Source: an uncultured Verrucomicrobiota bacterium (lineage in GTDB: Bacteria; Verrucomicrobiota; Kiritimatiellia; CAIKKV01). From it: a DNA stretch of 64,000 nucleotides. The notes under the pieces are model-generated. The model searched no databases. It was not told the origin of the DNA and saw nothing but the letters and a program-made list of their open reading frames with translations. Of the stretch, positions 54,868 through 64,000 are shown one piece after another (positions within the stretch are counted from its first letter, which is position 1; every line of letters begins with the position of its first letter). Location of the stretch: contig CAZSUH010000002.1 in NCBI GenBank assembly GCA_964609905.1, positions 3,148 to 67,147 of the forward strand, read 5' to 3'. Both the position numbers and the translations under genes were made by a program.

Positions 54868-55737
54868 ATGAAGATTTACATGAGCGGCCGCCTGGTGCCG
54901 GAAAACCAGGCCAAGGTGTCGGTGTTCGATCACGGGCTGCTGTACGGGGACGGTATCTTTGAGGGCATCCGTTCCTACAACGGGCGGGTGTTCATGCTGG
55001 AGGAGCACGTGGCTCGCCTGTACCGCTCGGCCAAGGCGATCGCGCTTGAAATCCCGATGACGCAGAAGGAGATGGCCGACGCCGTGGTCAAGACCTGCAA
55101 GGCCAACACGTGCATGAACGGCTACATCCGCCTCGTGGTGACGCGCGGCGTGGGCACGCTGGGGCTGAATCCCTTCACCTGCAAGAAGCCTGAGGTGATC
55201 ATCATCGCGGCCGGCATCCAGTTGTATCCGGCGGACCTGTACAAGCAGGGGCTGAAGATCGTGACCGTGGGAACGATCCGGAATCACACGGAATCCGTCA
55301 ATCCCATGATTAAAAGCCTGAATTACCTCAATAATATTCTGGGTAAGATCGAGGCCATCAACGCGGGTGTTCCGGAAGCGATCATGCTCAACCACGCCGG
55401 TTACGTGGCGGAGGCCACGGGCGATAACATTTTCGCGGTATACGGAAAGAAGCTGCTCACGCCGCCCGCTTCGTCCGGCGCGCTGGTGGGCGTCACCCGG
55501 AATGTGGTGATGACGATCGCCCGCGAGCGGGGCTATACGGTTGAGGAGCCCATGATGACCCGGTACGACCTGTATAACGCCGACGAGGTGTTCCTGACCG
55601 GCACGGCCGCCGAGATCATAGGCGTCGGCGAAATCGACCGCCGCGTCATTGGCCGCGGGAAACCCGGGCCAGTGACGCACGAGCTCGGCGAAACCTATCA
55701 CAAGTTCGCCTGCGAGGCGGGCACCCCCATCCAGTAG
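54868..55737 (+). CDS. ilvE: Branched-chain-amino-acid aminotransferase (class IV PLP enzyme)
   Basis: MKIYMSGRLVPENQAKVSVFDHGLLYGDGIFEGIR N-terminus, typical of IlvE and class IV D-amino acid aminotransferases. Confidence 0.7.
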   Translation: MKIYMSGRLVPENQAKVSVFDHGLLYGDGIFEGIRSYNGRVFMLEEHVARLYRSAKAIALEIPMTQKEMADAVVKTCKANTCMNGYIRLVVTRGVGTLGLNPFTCKKPEVIIIAAGIQLYPADLYKQGLKIVTVGTIRNHTESVNPMIKSLNYLNNILGKIEAINAGVPEAIMLNHAGYVAEATGDNIFAVYGKKLLTPPASSGALVGVTRNVVMTIARERGYTVEEPMMTRYDLYNADEVFLTGTAAEIIGVGEIDRRVIGRGKPGPVTHELGETYHKFACEAGTPIQ

Positions 55738-55768
55738 GGCGCCCCTCCCGGGCGGCCGGAGTCCGTTC

Positions 55769-56281
55769 ATGCGGTGCGACTATTGCGGCGAGCCGGATGC
55801 GACCGTGCATGTGACCCAGCTTTCGGAGGGCGAGGTCAAGAATCTGCACCTGTGCGCCACGTGTGCCGCCAAGAACGGCATCCACGTGGACGAGCCGGTT
55901 TCCCTGGCCGACCTGCTGCTGAAGGCGGCTCATGGCACGGACGTCGCGGAGGCCGGCGGCGCGGCCGACACGCGCTGTCCCTCCTGCCACATGCGGCTCA
56001 GCGACTTCCGGAAAACTTCCCGCCTGGGCTGTCCCGCCTGTTACGAGGCGTTCGCGGACGAGTTGGCTGGCATTCTGATGGGGCTGCACAAGAGCCAAGC
56101 CCATGTCGGCAAGGCGCCCGCGGCGGTCTTGGCGATCCGGAGCCGGCAGGCCCAGGACGAGCGGTTGGTCGCCCGGCTTCAGGAGGCAATCGCGGCTGAG
56201 CGATTCGAAGAGGCGGCGCGGGTGCGCGATGAACTCCGGATTCTCCGCGCCGAGCCGCCGGAAGCGGCAGGCGGCTCGTGA
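55769..56281 (+). CDS. mcsA: McsA-like zinc-finger/UVR-domain protein (arginine kinase activator)
   Basis: CDYCGE...CATC and CPSCH...CPACY zinc fingers, plus a C-terminal UVR-like motif (RFEEAARVRDELRIL). Confidence 0.6.
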   Translation: MRCDYCGEPDATVHVTQLSEGEVKNLHLCATCAAKNGIHVDEPVSLADLLLKAAHGTDVAEAGGAADTRCPSCHMRLSDFRKTSRLGCPACYEAFADELAGILMGLHKSQAHVGKAPAAVLAIRSRQAQDERLVARLQEAIAAERFEEAARVRDELRILRAEPPEAAGGS

Positions 56282-57336
56282 ACCGGGTTCCACATCCGCG
56301 GGAGCTTCCCGCCTGGCTGAGGGGCACGGACGCCCAGGGCATTGTGATGAGCGCCCGAATCCGGCTCGCCCGGAACGTGGCGGAGTCCGCTTTTCCGGGC
56401 TGGGCGGGCGACGAGGAAGGAATCCGGCTGTGCCGCCGGGTGCTGCCCCTGATTGAACGCGTGCCCCTGCTGGCGGGCGGTGTCGTGTGGCGTCTGGAGG
56501 AGTTGGAGACGCAGGACCGCCAATGGCTGCGGGAGCGCCACCTGATCAGCACCGAACTGGCGGGCAAGGGCGCCGGCAGCGCCGTACTGGTGTCGGCGGA
56601 CGAAACGCTGGCGGTGATGATCAACGAGGAGGACCATCTGCGCATTCAGGGGATGGCTTCCGGCCGGGATCTGCGGGCGCTGTGGCAGATCGTGGATGCC
56701 CTGGACACGGCGATCGGGGAGCGGTTGGCGTATGCCGTCTCCCCGCGGTTGGGTTTTCTGACGGCTTGCCCCAGCAATGTGGGCACCGGCCTGCGCGCCA
56801 GCGTCATGCTGCACCTGCCCGGGTTGCGGATGACGGGGGATGCGGAGAAGGTGGTCAAGGGGTTGGGCCGTCTGCAACTGGCCGTGCGGGGCCTGTTGGG
56901 CGAGGGCACGGATGCGCTGGGCGGAATGTACCAGATCTCCAACCAGGCCACCCTGGGCGCGAGCGAAACGGCCCTGATCGACCGGTTGCTCGCCCTGGTT
57001 GAGGAGGTGGCCGGCCACGAAGCGAACGCCCGCCAGCGTCTTCTGGAAACCCGTCCCGTCCAGGTGCGGGATCACGTGGCGCGCGCGCTGGCCCTGTTAG
57101 CGCACGCCCGGGTCATGAGCTCCGAGGAGGCGCTGGACCTGCTGTCGGGCGTCCGCCTGGGGTTGGCCCTGGGCTGGTTGAAGGGGGTCGACACCCCGCT
57201 GTTGAACCGGCTGTTTTTGACGGTCCAGCCCGCCCATCTGCAGCAGGAGGCGGGGAAAGCGCTTTCCGCCGAGGAGCGGGACGAGTGGCGCGCCCAGCGC
57301 TTGCGCGACTGGGTGGCCGGGATCGAATGGGTTTGA
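56278..57336 (+). CDS. mcsB: Protein arginine kinase McsB (ATP:guanido phosphotransferase)
   Basis: CPSNVGTGLRASVM phosphagen-kinase signature. GTGA overlap with mcsA. Confidence 0.8.
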   Translation: MNRVPHPRELPAWLRGTDAQGIVMSARIRLARNVAESAFPGWAGDEEGIRLCRRVLPLIERVPLLAGGVVWRLEELETQDRQWLRERHLISTELAGKGAGSAVLVSADETLAVMINEEDHLRIQGMASGRDLRALWQIVDALDTAIGERLAYAVSPRLGFLTACPSNVGTGLRASVMLHLPGLRMTGDAEKVVKGLGRLQLAVRGLLGEGTDALGGMYQISNQATLGASETALIDRLLALVEEVAGHEANARQRLLETRPVQVRDHVARALALLAHARVMSSEEALDLLSGVRLGLALGWLKGVDTPLLNRLFLTVQPAHLQQEAGKALSAEERDEWRAQRLRDWVAGIEWV

Positions 57337-57387
57337 CCAAGGCCGGTTTTCATGAGATAATTTACCGCTTTGAGATAAAGGACCGGC

Positions 57388-59943
57388 ATGAACAATTTCA
57401 ACGAATACACGCCGCGCGCCCGCCAGGTCATCCAACTGGCCCGCCAGGAGGCGGAAAAGTTCAATCACACCTACGTGGGCACGGAACACCTGCTCCTGGG
57501 CCTGATCGCCCTGGGCGAGGGGGTGGCCGTGGACGTCTTAAAGCGGATGAATTTGTCGATCGAACGCGTGCGGATGGAAGTGGAAAAGCAGGTGGGCCAG
57601 GGGGGCGAAACCAAGACGGTGGGGCCGATCCCGTTCACGCCCCGCGCCAAGCGGGTATTGCAATTTGCCGCGTCGGAAGCCCGGGAACTGCACCACAACT
57701 ACATCGGCACGGAACATCTGCTGCTGGGCCTGTTGCGCGAGGAAGAGGGCGTGGCCGCCCAGGTGTTGCGCACCCTCGGCGTGGATATCGAATCCGTGCG
57801 CGCTGAAGTGATGCGGGTGCTGGACCCGAACTTCACGCCGCCCGAGCCGGGCGAAGCCGGGGACGAAGACGAGGCCGGCGAGGAGCCTCCCGAAAGCCGA
57901 AGCGCGCCGTCCGGCGCGCGGCCTGCTTCCGAAGGCGCTCCCGCCGCGCCCGGCGCGGCGGACAAGGCCAAAGTCAAAACGCCCGCGCTCAACACCTTCG
58001 GGCGCGACCTGACCGAACTGGCCCGGCAGGACAAGCTGGACCCCGTCATCGGGCGGACCCTGGAACTGGAGCGGGTCATCCAGATCCTGTGCCGCCGCAC
58101 CAAGAACAACCCCGTCCTGATCGGCGAGGCCGGCGTGGGCAAGACCGCGATCGTGGAGGGGCTGGCGCAGGCGATCGTGGAGGGCAACGTGCCCGAATCC
58201 ATGCGCAAAAAGAAGGTCATCACCCTCGACCTGGCGCTCATGATCGCGGGCACCAAGTACCGCGGCCAGTTCGAGGAGCGGATCAAGGCCATCATGGACG
58301 AGATCAAGCGGGCGGCCAACGTGATCCTGTTCGTGGACGAACTGCACACGATCGTGGGCGCGGGCTCCGCCGAGGGCGCCATGGACGCCTCCAACATCAT
58401 CAAGCCCGCCCTGGCCCGCGGCGAACTCCAGTGCGTGGGCGCCACCACCTTGGACGAATATCGCAAATACATCGAGAAGGACGCGGCCCTGGAACGCCGC
58501 TTCCAGACCGTCAAGGTCGAGGAGCCCAGCGTCGAGGAGGCAATCCGGATTCTTCAGGGAATCCGCCGCAAATACGAGGAACACCACCGCGTCAAGATCA
58601 CCGATGAAGCCCTGGAGTCCGCGGTCCGGCTCTCGGACCGTTACCTCAAGGGCCGGTACCTGCCCGACAAGGCCATCGACACGATCGACGAGGCGGGCGC
58701 CCGCGTGCGGATCCGCAACACGACCCGGTCGCCCGACTTGAAGAAACGGGAAGCGGCGATCGAGAAAATCCGCCTCAAGAAAGAGGCGGCGATCAAGGAG
58801 CAGCGCTTCGAGGAGGCGGCCCGGCTGCGGGACCGCGAGCGTCGCGACCGACAGGGGCTGGAGAACAAGATCGCGAAATGGCAAAAGGGCAACGCCCGCA
58901 AGAACCTGCGCGTGACGCCGGAAGACATCATGATGGTCATCTCCCGCTGGACCGGCATTCCGCTGGCCAAGATGGAGGGCCAGGAATTGGCCCGCCTGCT
59001 CGACATGGAGAAGGAACTCGAAAAAACGGTGATCGGCCAGAACGACGCCGTGCACACCATATCCAAGGCGTTGCGCCGTTCCCGGGCGGACCTCAAGGAT
59101 CCCCGACGCCCGATCGGTTCCTTCATCTTCCTGGGTCCCACGGGCGTCGGCAAGACCCTGTTGGCCAAGGCCCTGGCCGAGTTTATGTTCCAGGATCCGG
59201 AGGCCCTGATCCAACTCGATATGAGCGAGTTCATGGAAAAGTTCACCGTGTCGCGGCTGGTCGGATCGCCGCCCGGCTATGTGGGGTATGACGAGGGCGG
59301 TCAGTTGACCGAAAAAGTGCGCCGGCGTCCCTATTCGGTCGTGCTCTTCGACGAGTTCGAAAAAGCCCATCCCGATGTCATGCAGATTCTCCTGCAGATC
59401 CTGGAGGAGGGGCGGTTGACGGACAGCTTCGGGCGGAAGGTGGATTTCCGCAACACGATCGTGATCATGACCTCGAACCTGGGCGCCGACGCCAACAAGA
59501 CCGCGAGCGGCCTGGGCTTCCGCGACGCTTCCCCGGCGGGCGATTATCAGACCATGCGCGACACGATGATGGGCGAGGCCAAGAAGATGTTCAAACCCGA
59601 GTTCCTGAACCGGATCGACGAGGTGATCGTGTTCCGGCAGTTGACCCGGGCGGACGTGAGCCGGATTCTCGACCTGGAACTGGCCGGACTGGAGCAGCGG
59701 CTCAAGGCCCGCGAGGTCAGCCTGACGCTCAGCGCCGAGGCCCGGGACTTCCTCATCGACAAGGGGTTCGATCCCGCCATGGGCGCCCGGCCGTTGCGGC
59801 GGGCGGTGCAGAAATATATCGAGGATCCCCTGGCCGAGGATATTCTGCGCGGCCGGGTCAAACGCGGCGCCGTGGTGGAGGCGGTCCCGAGCCCGGAAGG
59901 GGCGCTGGCGTTTCCGATTCCGGAAACGGCGACCTCCCGCTAA
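57388..59943 (+). CDS. clpC: ATP-dependent Clp protease ATP-binding subunit ClpC
   Basis: Clp_N repeats, two AAA+ modules ([18 protein letters not shown]) and a UVR linker. Confidence 0.85.
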   Translation: MNNFNEYTPRARQVIQLARQEAEKFNHTYVGTEHLLLGLIALGEGVAVDVLKRMNLSIERVRMEVEKQVGQGGETKTVGPIPFTPRAKRVLQFAASEARELHHNYIGTEHLLLGLLREEEGVAAQVLRTLGVDIESVRAEVMRVLDPNFTPPEPGEAGDEDEAGEEPPESRSAPSGARPASEGAPAAPGAADKAKVKTPALNTFGRDLTELARQDKLDPVIGRTLELERVIQILCRRTKNNPVLIGEAGVGKTAIVEGLAQAIVEGNVPESMRKKKVITLDLALMIAGTKYRGQFEERIKAIMDEIKRAANVILFVDELHTIVGAGSAEGAMDASNIIKPALARGELQCVGATTLDEYRKYIEKDAALERRFQTVKVEEPSVEEAIRILQGIRRKYEEHHRVKITDEALESAVRLSDRYLKGRYLPDKAIDTIDEAGARVRIRNTTRSPDLKKREAAIEKIRLKKEAAIKEQRFEEAARLRDRERRDRQGLENKIAKWQKGNARKNLRVTPEDIMMVISRWTGIPLAKMEGQELARLLDMEKELEKTVIGQNDAVHTISKALRRSRADLKDPRRPIGSFIFLGPTGVGKTLLAKALAEFMFQDPEALIQLDMSEFMEKFTVSRLVGSPPGYVGYDEGGQLTEKVRRRPYSVVLFDEFEKAHPDVMQILLQILEEGRLTDSFGRKVDFRNTIVIMTSNLGADANKTASGLGFRDASPAGDYQTMRDTMMGEAKKMFKPEFLNRIDEVIVFRQLTRADVSRILDLELAGLEQRLKAREVSLTLSAEARDFLIDKGFDPAMGARPLRRAVQKYIEDPLAEDILRGRVKRGAVVEAVPSPEGALAFPIPETATSR

Positions 59944-59948
59944 GCGCG

Positions 59949-61268
59949 ATGTTTGAAGCCCTTTCCAACTCGTTCCAGAAGGTATTCCGAAACCTGCGCG
60001 GGTACGGCTCGCTTTCGGAGGCCAACATCCGGGATGCGTTGCGCGAGGTGCGGATGGCGCTCCTGGAGGCGGACGTCCACTTCACGGTGGTCAAGCAGTT
60101 CGTTGAGAAAGTCCGCGAGCGCGTGCTGGGCCGGGAGGTGTTGCAGAGCGTCACGCCGGGCCAGCAGTTCGTCAAGTTCGTGCATGACGAGATGACCGCG
60201 TTGTTGGGCGGCGGCCAGGCCGAGTTGAACATGGCCGGCACGCCCGCCACGCTCATGCTGTGCGGGTTGCACGGCTCCGGCAAGACCACCACGGCGGGCA
60301 AGCTGGCCCGTTGGCTGAAAAAACGGGGCCGGGACGTTTTGCTGGTGGCGGGGGACCTGCGCCGGCCGGCGGCCGTGGACCAACTGGCCGTGCTGGCCGG
60401 TCAGGCCGGCGTGGCGCTCCTGCGGCCGATTCCCGGGGAAAGCCTCCCCCGGCTGGGCGCGCGCGCCCTGGAGGAAGCCCGGCGGGCCGGGCACAACATG
60501 GTGGTGTTCGACACCGGCGGCCGGTTTCAGATCGATACGGACCTGGTGGACGAACTGAAAGCCCTCAAGACCGCGGTCAAGCCGGGCAACGTGCTGCTCG
60601 TGGTGGATGCCGCCATCGGCCAGGAGTCCGTCAGCGTGGCCGACACGTTTCACAAAGCGCTGGGCCTGACGGGGCTGATCCTCACCAAGCTGGACGGCGA
60701 CGCCCGGGGCGGCGCCGCTCTGTCGATCCGGTCCGTGACCGGCTGTCCCGTGCTCTTTACCGGAACGGGCGAGCACCAGGATCAGTTGGACCCCTTTTAC
60801 CCGGAACGCATGGCCTCCCGCATCCTGGGCATGGGCGATGTGGTTTCCCTGGTCGAAAAAGTGCAGCAGACGGTGGACATCCAGGAGATTGCCGAGGCGG
60901 AGCGCAAGCTCAAAACCAATGATTTCACGCTGGACGATTTCCTTCACCAGTTCCGCCAGATGAAAAAAATGGGCCCCCTCGAGAAGATCCTGGAGTTGCT
61001 CCCCGGCGGGGCGGCCCTGGCGGGAAAGGCGGGCGCGGCGGACGAAATGGGCCGTTTTTCGAAGAAGGCGGAGGCCATCATCCAAAGCATGACGCCGCGG
61101 GAGCGGCGCCACCCGGAAATTCTCAACGGGAGCCGCCGGTTGAGGATTTCCAGGGGGAGCGGAACGACCGTCCAGGACGTCAACGACCTGATCCGGCAGT
61201 TCAAGCAGGCGAAGCTGATGGCAAAAAAAATCGGAATGATGCAAAAAAAGTTGCAACGCAGGCGTTGA
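59949..61268 (+). CDS. ffh: Signal recognition particle protein
   Basis: NG domain (GLHGSGKTTT) and a Met-rich M domain. Confidence 0.9.
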   Translation: MFEALSNSFQKVFRNLRGYGSLSEANIRDALREVRMALLEADVHFTVVKQFVEKVRERVLGREVLQSVTPGQQFVKFVHDEMTALLGGGQAELNMAGTPATLMLCGLHGSGKTTTAGKLARWLKKRGRDVLLVAGDLRRPAAVDQLAVLAGQAGVALLRPIPGESLPRLGARALEEARRAGHNMVVFDTGGRFQIDTDLVDELKALKTAVKPGNVLLVVDAAIGQESVSVADTFHKALGLTGLILTKLDGDARGGAALSIRSVTGCPVLFTGTGEHQDQLDPFYPERMASRILGMGDVVSLVEKVQQTVDIQEIAEAERKLKTNDFTLDDFLHQFRQMKKMGPLEKILELLPGGAALAGKAGAADEMGRFSKKAEAIIQSMTPRERRHPEILNGSRRLRISRGSGTTVQDVNDLIRQFKQAKLMAKKIGMMQKKLQRRR

Positions 61269-61303
61269 TATGCCATTATGTCACGCTTTGAGGAGAAAAA
61301 CGA

Positions 61304-61558
61304 ATGTCGGTAAAAATCAGATTGCGCAGAGTGGGCGCCAATAACGATGTGAGCTACCGGGTGGTGGCGACGGACAGCCGGTCGCCCCGCGACGGGCGGT
61401 TCATCGAAATCCTGGGTTGGTATGACCCCAAAAAAACCGGTGTGAATTTCCAGTTCAAACTGGACCGGGTCCAGCATTGGAAAGACCGGGGCGCGGCGGT
61501 CAGCGACACGGTGGCCAGTCTGCTCAAGAAAGTTCCCGCGGCGCCGGCGGCGTCGTAG
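61304..61558 (+). CDS. rpsP: 30S ribosomal protein S16
   Basis: N-terminus [24 protein letters not shown]. Confidence 0.9.
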   Translation: MSVKIRLRRVGANNDVSYRVVATDSRSPRDGRFIEILGWYDPKKTGVNFQFKLDRVQHWKDRGAAVSDTVASLLKKVPAAPAAS

Positions 61559-61604
61559 GTTTTTCGGCGGTGGCGCGGCGCCCAGCCGCGCAAAGGCGGC
61601 GCCC

Positions 61605-62321
61605 ATGAGCGGCAGGCTGGAGATCGATGTCATCACGATTTTCCCCGGGATGCTGAACGGCTTTCTTGAGGAGAGCATGCTCAAGCGAGCGCAGGACCTG
61701 GGAGCCTGCCGGATGCGCGCGATCAATCTGCGCGATTTTGCGGAGGGCCGGCATCAGGTCACGGACGACCGGCCGTTCGGGGGTGGGCCGGGAATGGTGA
61801 TGAAGCCGGAGCCGCTGTTCGCGGCGGTGGAGTCGGTGCGGCGCCCCGAAAGCCGCGTGATCTTGATGTGCCCCCAGGGGCGGACGTTCACCCAGGGGGA
61901 TGCGGAGCGGTTGAGCCGGGAGTCGCACTTGGTGTTCCTGTGCGGACACTACGAAGGGATCGACGAACGGGTGCGGCAGGCGCTGGTGACGGACGAGTTG
62001 TCGATCGGGGACTATGTGCTGACCAACGGCGTGTTGCCGGCGGCGGTGGTGATCGACGCGACGGTGCGGTTGTTGCCGGGCGTGCTGGGCGCCGGGGAGC
62101 AGGCGACGAGGGAGGAATCCTTCAGCAGCGGGCTCCTGGAGTTCCCGCAATACACGCGCCCGCCCGAGTTCCGCGGGATGCGCGTGCCGGAGGTGCTGTT
62201 GTCGGGCAACCACCCGGAGATCGCGCGCTGGCGGCGGGAGCAGGCGGAACGCAGAACGATGTCGAGAAGGCCGGATTTGCTGAATAGAGGGAAAGACCAT
62301 GATCCAGAAAATGATCGATAA
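61605..62321 (+). CDS. trmD: tRNA (guanine37-N1)-methyltransferase
   Basis: [11 protein letters not shown]-terminus and DERV motif. No rimM between rpsP and trmD. Confidence 0.85.
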   Translation: MSGRLEIDVITIFPGMLNGFLEESMLKRAQDLGACRMRAINLRDFAEGRHQVTDDRPFGGGPGMVMKPEPLFAAVESVRRPESRVILMCPQGRTFTQGDAERLSRESHLVFLCGHYEGIDERVRQALVTDELSIGDYVLTNGVLPAAVVIDATVRLLPGVLGAGEQATREESFSSGLLEFPQYTRPPEFRGMRVPEVLLSGNHPEIARWRREQAERRTMSRRPDLLNRGKDHDPENDR

Positions 62322-62655
62322 AATCAACCGCGAAAACACCCGTCAGGAACCGCTCGCGCCCTTTGCCGTGGGCGACTCGGTCAAGGTGCACGTCAAAATC
62401 AAGGAAGGCGATAAAGAGCGCCTCCAGGTGTTTGCCGGGACGGTGATTGCGATCAAACGCGGCGGCGTCCAGGGGTCGTTCACGGTCCGGCGCGTCACGC
62501 ACGGCGAAGGCGTGGAGAAGGTGTTCCCCATGAACTGCCCGAACGTGGCCAAGGTGGAAGTGGAAAGTTCCTCCCGCGTGCGTCGCGCCAAGCTGTATTT
62601 CCTGCGCGATCGGTCGGGCAAGAAAGCCCGTCTGGCCAAGACGAGCAAAGGCTGA
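62299..62655 (+). CDS. rplS: 50S ribosomal protein L19
   Basis: L19 signature [30 protein letters not shown]. 23-nt overlap with trmD. Confidence 0.9.
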   Translation: MIQKMIDKINRENTRQEPLAPFAVGDSVKVHVKIKEGDKERLQVFAGTVIAIKRGGVQGSFTVRRVTHGEGVEKVFPMNCPNVAKVEVESSSRVRRAKLYFLRDRSGKKARLAKTSKG

Positions 62656-62661
62656 TCCGGT

Positions 62662-63339
62662 TTGCTGCAATTCGAGCGTCAGGCGTGGGCACGGGGATTC
62701 CGGCGCGTGGCCGGCGTGGACGAGGCCGGCCGAGGTCCGCTGGCGGGGCCCGTGGTGGCGGCCGCGGTGATTTTCGACCCCGCTTTTCTTGAGGCCGAGG
62801 CGCGCGGGCTCCTCCGGGAACTGAAGGATTCCAAGGAACTCACCGAAGCCGGTCGGAACCGGTCCTACGATCTCCTCCGCGGCCTGCGCGAAGTCGAACT
62901 GTCGGTCGGGGCGGCCGATGTTTTCGAGATCGACCGAATCAACATTCTTCAGGCCACGTTTCTGGCCATGAGCCGGGCGGTTGGCGGATATGCTCATCCG
63001 CCCGATCACGTTCTGGTGGACGGCCCCCGCGCGCCGTCCATCCCGTATCCCTGCACTCCGATCATCGACGGAGACGCGCTCAGCCTCTCCGTGGCCGCGG
63101 CCAGCATTGTGGCGAAAGTGACGCGGGACCGGTTGATGCGGGAGTTGGACGTCCGTTTTCCCGGTTACGGCCTCGCCGGCCACAAAGGCTACGGCACGCC
63201 GTTTCACACCCAGGCGCTCCTGGAGCGCGGGCCGTCGCCCGCCCATCGCCGCTCGTTCCGGCCGGTGCAGGACGCCATCCGAATCCACGCGTGGTTGGCC
63301 CGGCAGAAGAACGATCCGGGTCAGGGCGCCACGAAGTAG
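62662..63339 (+). CDS. rnhB: Ribonuclease HII
   Basis: GVDEAGRGPLAGPVV motif. Confidence 0.85.
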   Translation: MLQFERQAWARGFRRVAGVDEAGRGPLAGPVVAAAVIFDPAFLEAEARGLLRELKDSKELTEAGRNRSYDLLRGLREVELSVGAADVFEIDRINILQATFLAMSRAVGGYAHPPDHVLVDGPRAPSIPYPCTPIIDGDALSLSVAAASIVAKVTRDRLMRELDVRFPGYGLAGHKGYGTPFHTQALLERGPSPAHRRSFRPVQDAIRIHAWLARQKNDPGQGATK

Positions 63340-63719
63340 CGCCGCTCCAGGGGGAACGCGTTTTCGATGTGACGGATGACGGGCGAGGCGCGCAGGGGCC
63401 GGCCGATGACCTCCACCACGTCGAAGCGGAACGCCGCGGGCGGTTCCCGCAGCCGGCGCATGTAGCGGAGGGCGGCGCGGCAGAGGGTGTGGCGTTTGCG
63501 GCGGTCCACGGCGCGGATCGGGCGGCCGAACTCCTCGGTGCGCCGGGTCTTGACCTCGACGAAGACCAGCGTGGCGTCATGCCGGGCGAGCAGGTCGATT
63601 TCGTCGCGGGCGTCGAGCCGGACCCGTTTGCCGAGGATCCGGAGACCCTGGCGTTGGAGATAGGCGGCGGCCTGGGCTTCGCCCCAGAGGCCGGTGAGCA
63701 GATGAAGGGGAGTGTTCAT
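63321..63719 (-). CDS. yraN: YraN-family (UPF0102) endonuclease
   Basis: Restriction-endonuclease-like fold with motif EIDLLAR...LVFVEVKTR. Start at MNTPLH. Confidence 0.6.
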   Translation of the reverse strand: MNTPLHLLTGLWGEAQAAAYLQRQGLRILGKRVRLDARDEIDLLARHDATLVFVEVKTRRTEEFGRPIRAVDRRKRHTLCRAALRYMRRLREPPAAFRFDVVEVIGRPLRASPVIRHIENAFPLERRYFVAP

Positions 63720-63804
63720 GGAACGATCCGTTTGAGGCGGGGATCGTTCCGGAATGTCTGCTGATACCATCGGCCAACGGGCCGGGAAAAGCAAGCCCGT
63801 TATG

Positions 63805-63993
63805 TCACACCTCGTCGGGGCGGCCGACGAGGGTGAGGAACTCCATGCGGGTGGCCGGGTCGTGATGGAAACTGCCGAGCACGGACGAGGTGGTCATCAT
63901 GGAGCGGTGTTTTTCCACTCCGCGCATCATCATGCAGAGGTGGCGGCAGGTCATGACCACGCCCACGCCCTCGGCGCCCACGGAATCCATCAC
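63805..63993 (-). CDS. 3' end of an unidentified gene extending beyond the window
   Basis: Open frame to the window edge. No motif recognised. Confidence 0.2.
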   Translation of the reverse strand: MMDSVGAEGVGVVMTCRHLCMMMRGVEKHRSMMTTSSVLGSFHHDPATRMEFLTLVGRPDEV

Positions 63994-64000
63994 GGCACGG

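Noticed and set aside
57332-57338. Single TTTGACC heptad (reverse of GGTCAAA) at the mcsB/clpC junction, considered as a CtsR box
   Set aside because: CtsR operators are tandem direct GGTCAAA heptads. Only one inverted copy is present, and it overlaps the mcsB stop.

Overview
High-GC (~65%) bacterial chromosomal segment that is densely coding on both strands, with many 4-bp ATGA/GTGA start-stop overlaps suggesting translational coupling. I see no rRNA, tRNA, CRISPR array, transposase or integrase. Most genes are housekeeping: purF-like, TatD, murG, gdhA, pdxJ-acpS-nnr-mazG, hflX, cutA, rbsK, lpxI/lpxB, ispD, secA-lnt-prfB-yicC-gmk, ilvE, mcsA-mcsB-clpC and ffh-rpsP-trmD-rplS-rnhB-yraN. Sugar-active enzymes are GH127, GH172/DUF2961 and GH1. 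A ferredoxin and a superoxide reductase point to an anaerobe. A lineage in the Planctomycetes-Verrucomicrobia-Chlamydiae (PVC) superphylum is my guess, not something the sequence proves.

The most striking feature is a single 9.7-kb gene (27904..37599) for a 3231-aa secreted protein. It carries a signal peptide and about 49 tandem 40-aa RCC1-type repeats, arranged as seven 7-bladed propellers each followed by an Ig-like domain. The repeats are followed by an Ig/cadherin-like domain, an InlB-B-repeat-like domain, an FN3-like domain and a C-terminal domain of unknown function. Within the gene there are near-identical DNA repeats.

The second candidate for an undescribed system is a tight minus-strand operon at 48891..52356. 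It encodes a Trm112-like zinc-ribbon protein, a bifunctional double-GT2 membrane glycosyltransferase, and a B12-binding radical SAM enzyme.

Further points of interest:
- prfB has its programmed +1 frameshift site CTT TGA C.
- mcsA-mcsB-clpC (protein arginine kinase system) has no CtsR box.
- The lpxI / Gfo-Idh-MocA (GnnA-like) / lpxB cluster.
- A divergent GH127/GH172 pair.
- A long minus-strand membrane operon (4266..10483) containing tandem CNNM paralogues.
- An ispD / metallophosphoesterase / radical SAM operon.
- A PurF-like protein lacking the N-terminal catalytic Cys.

Coordinates refined from the ORF track may be off by 1-3 nt. All functional calls come from motif recognition by eye, not database searches.
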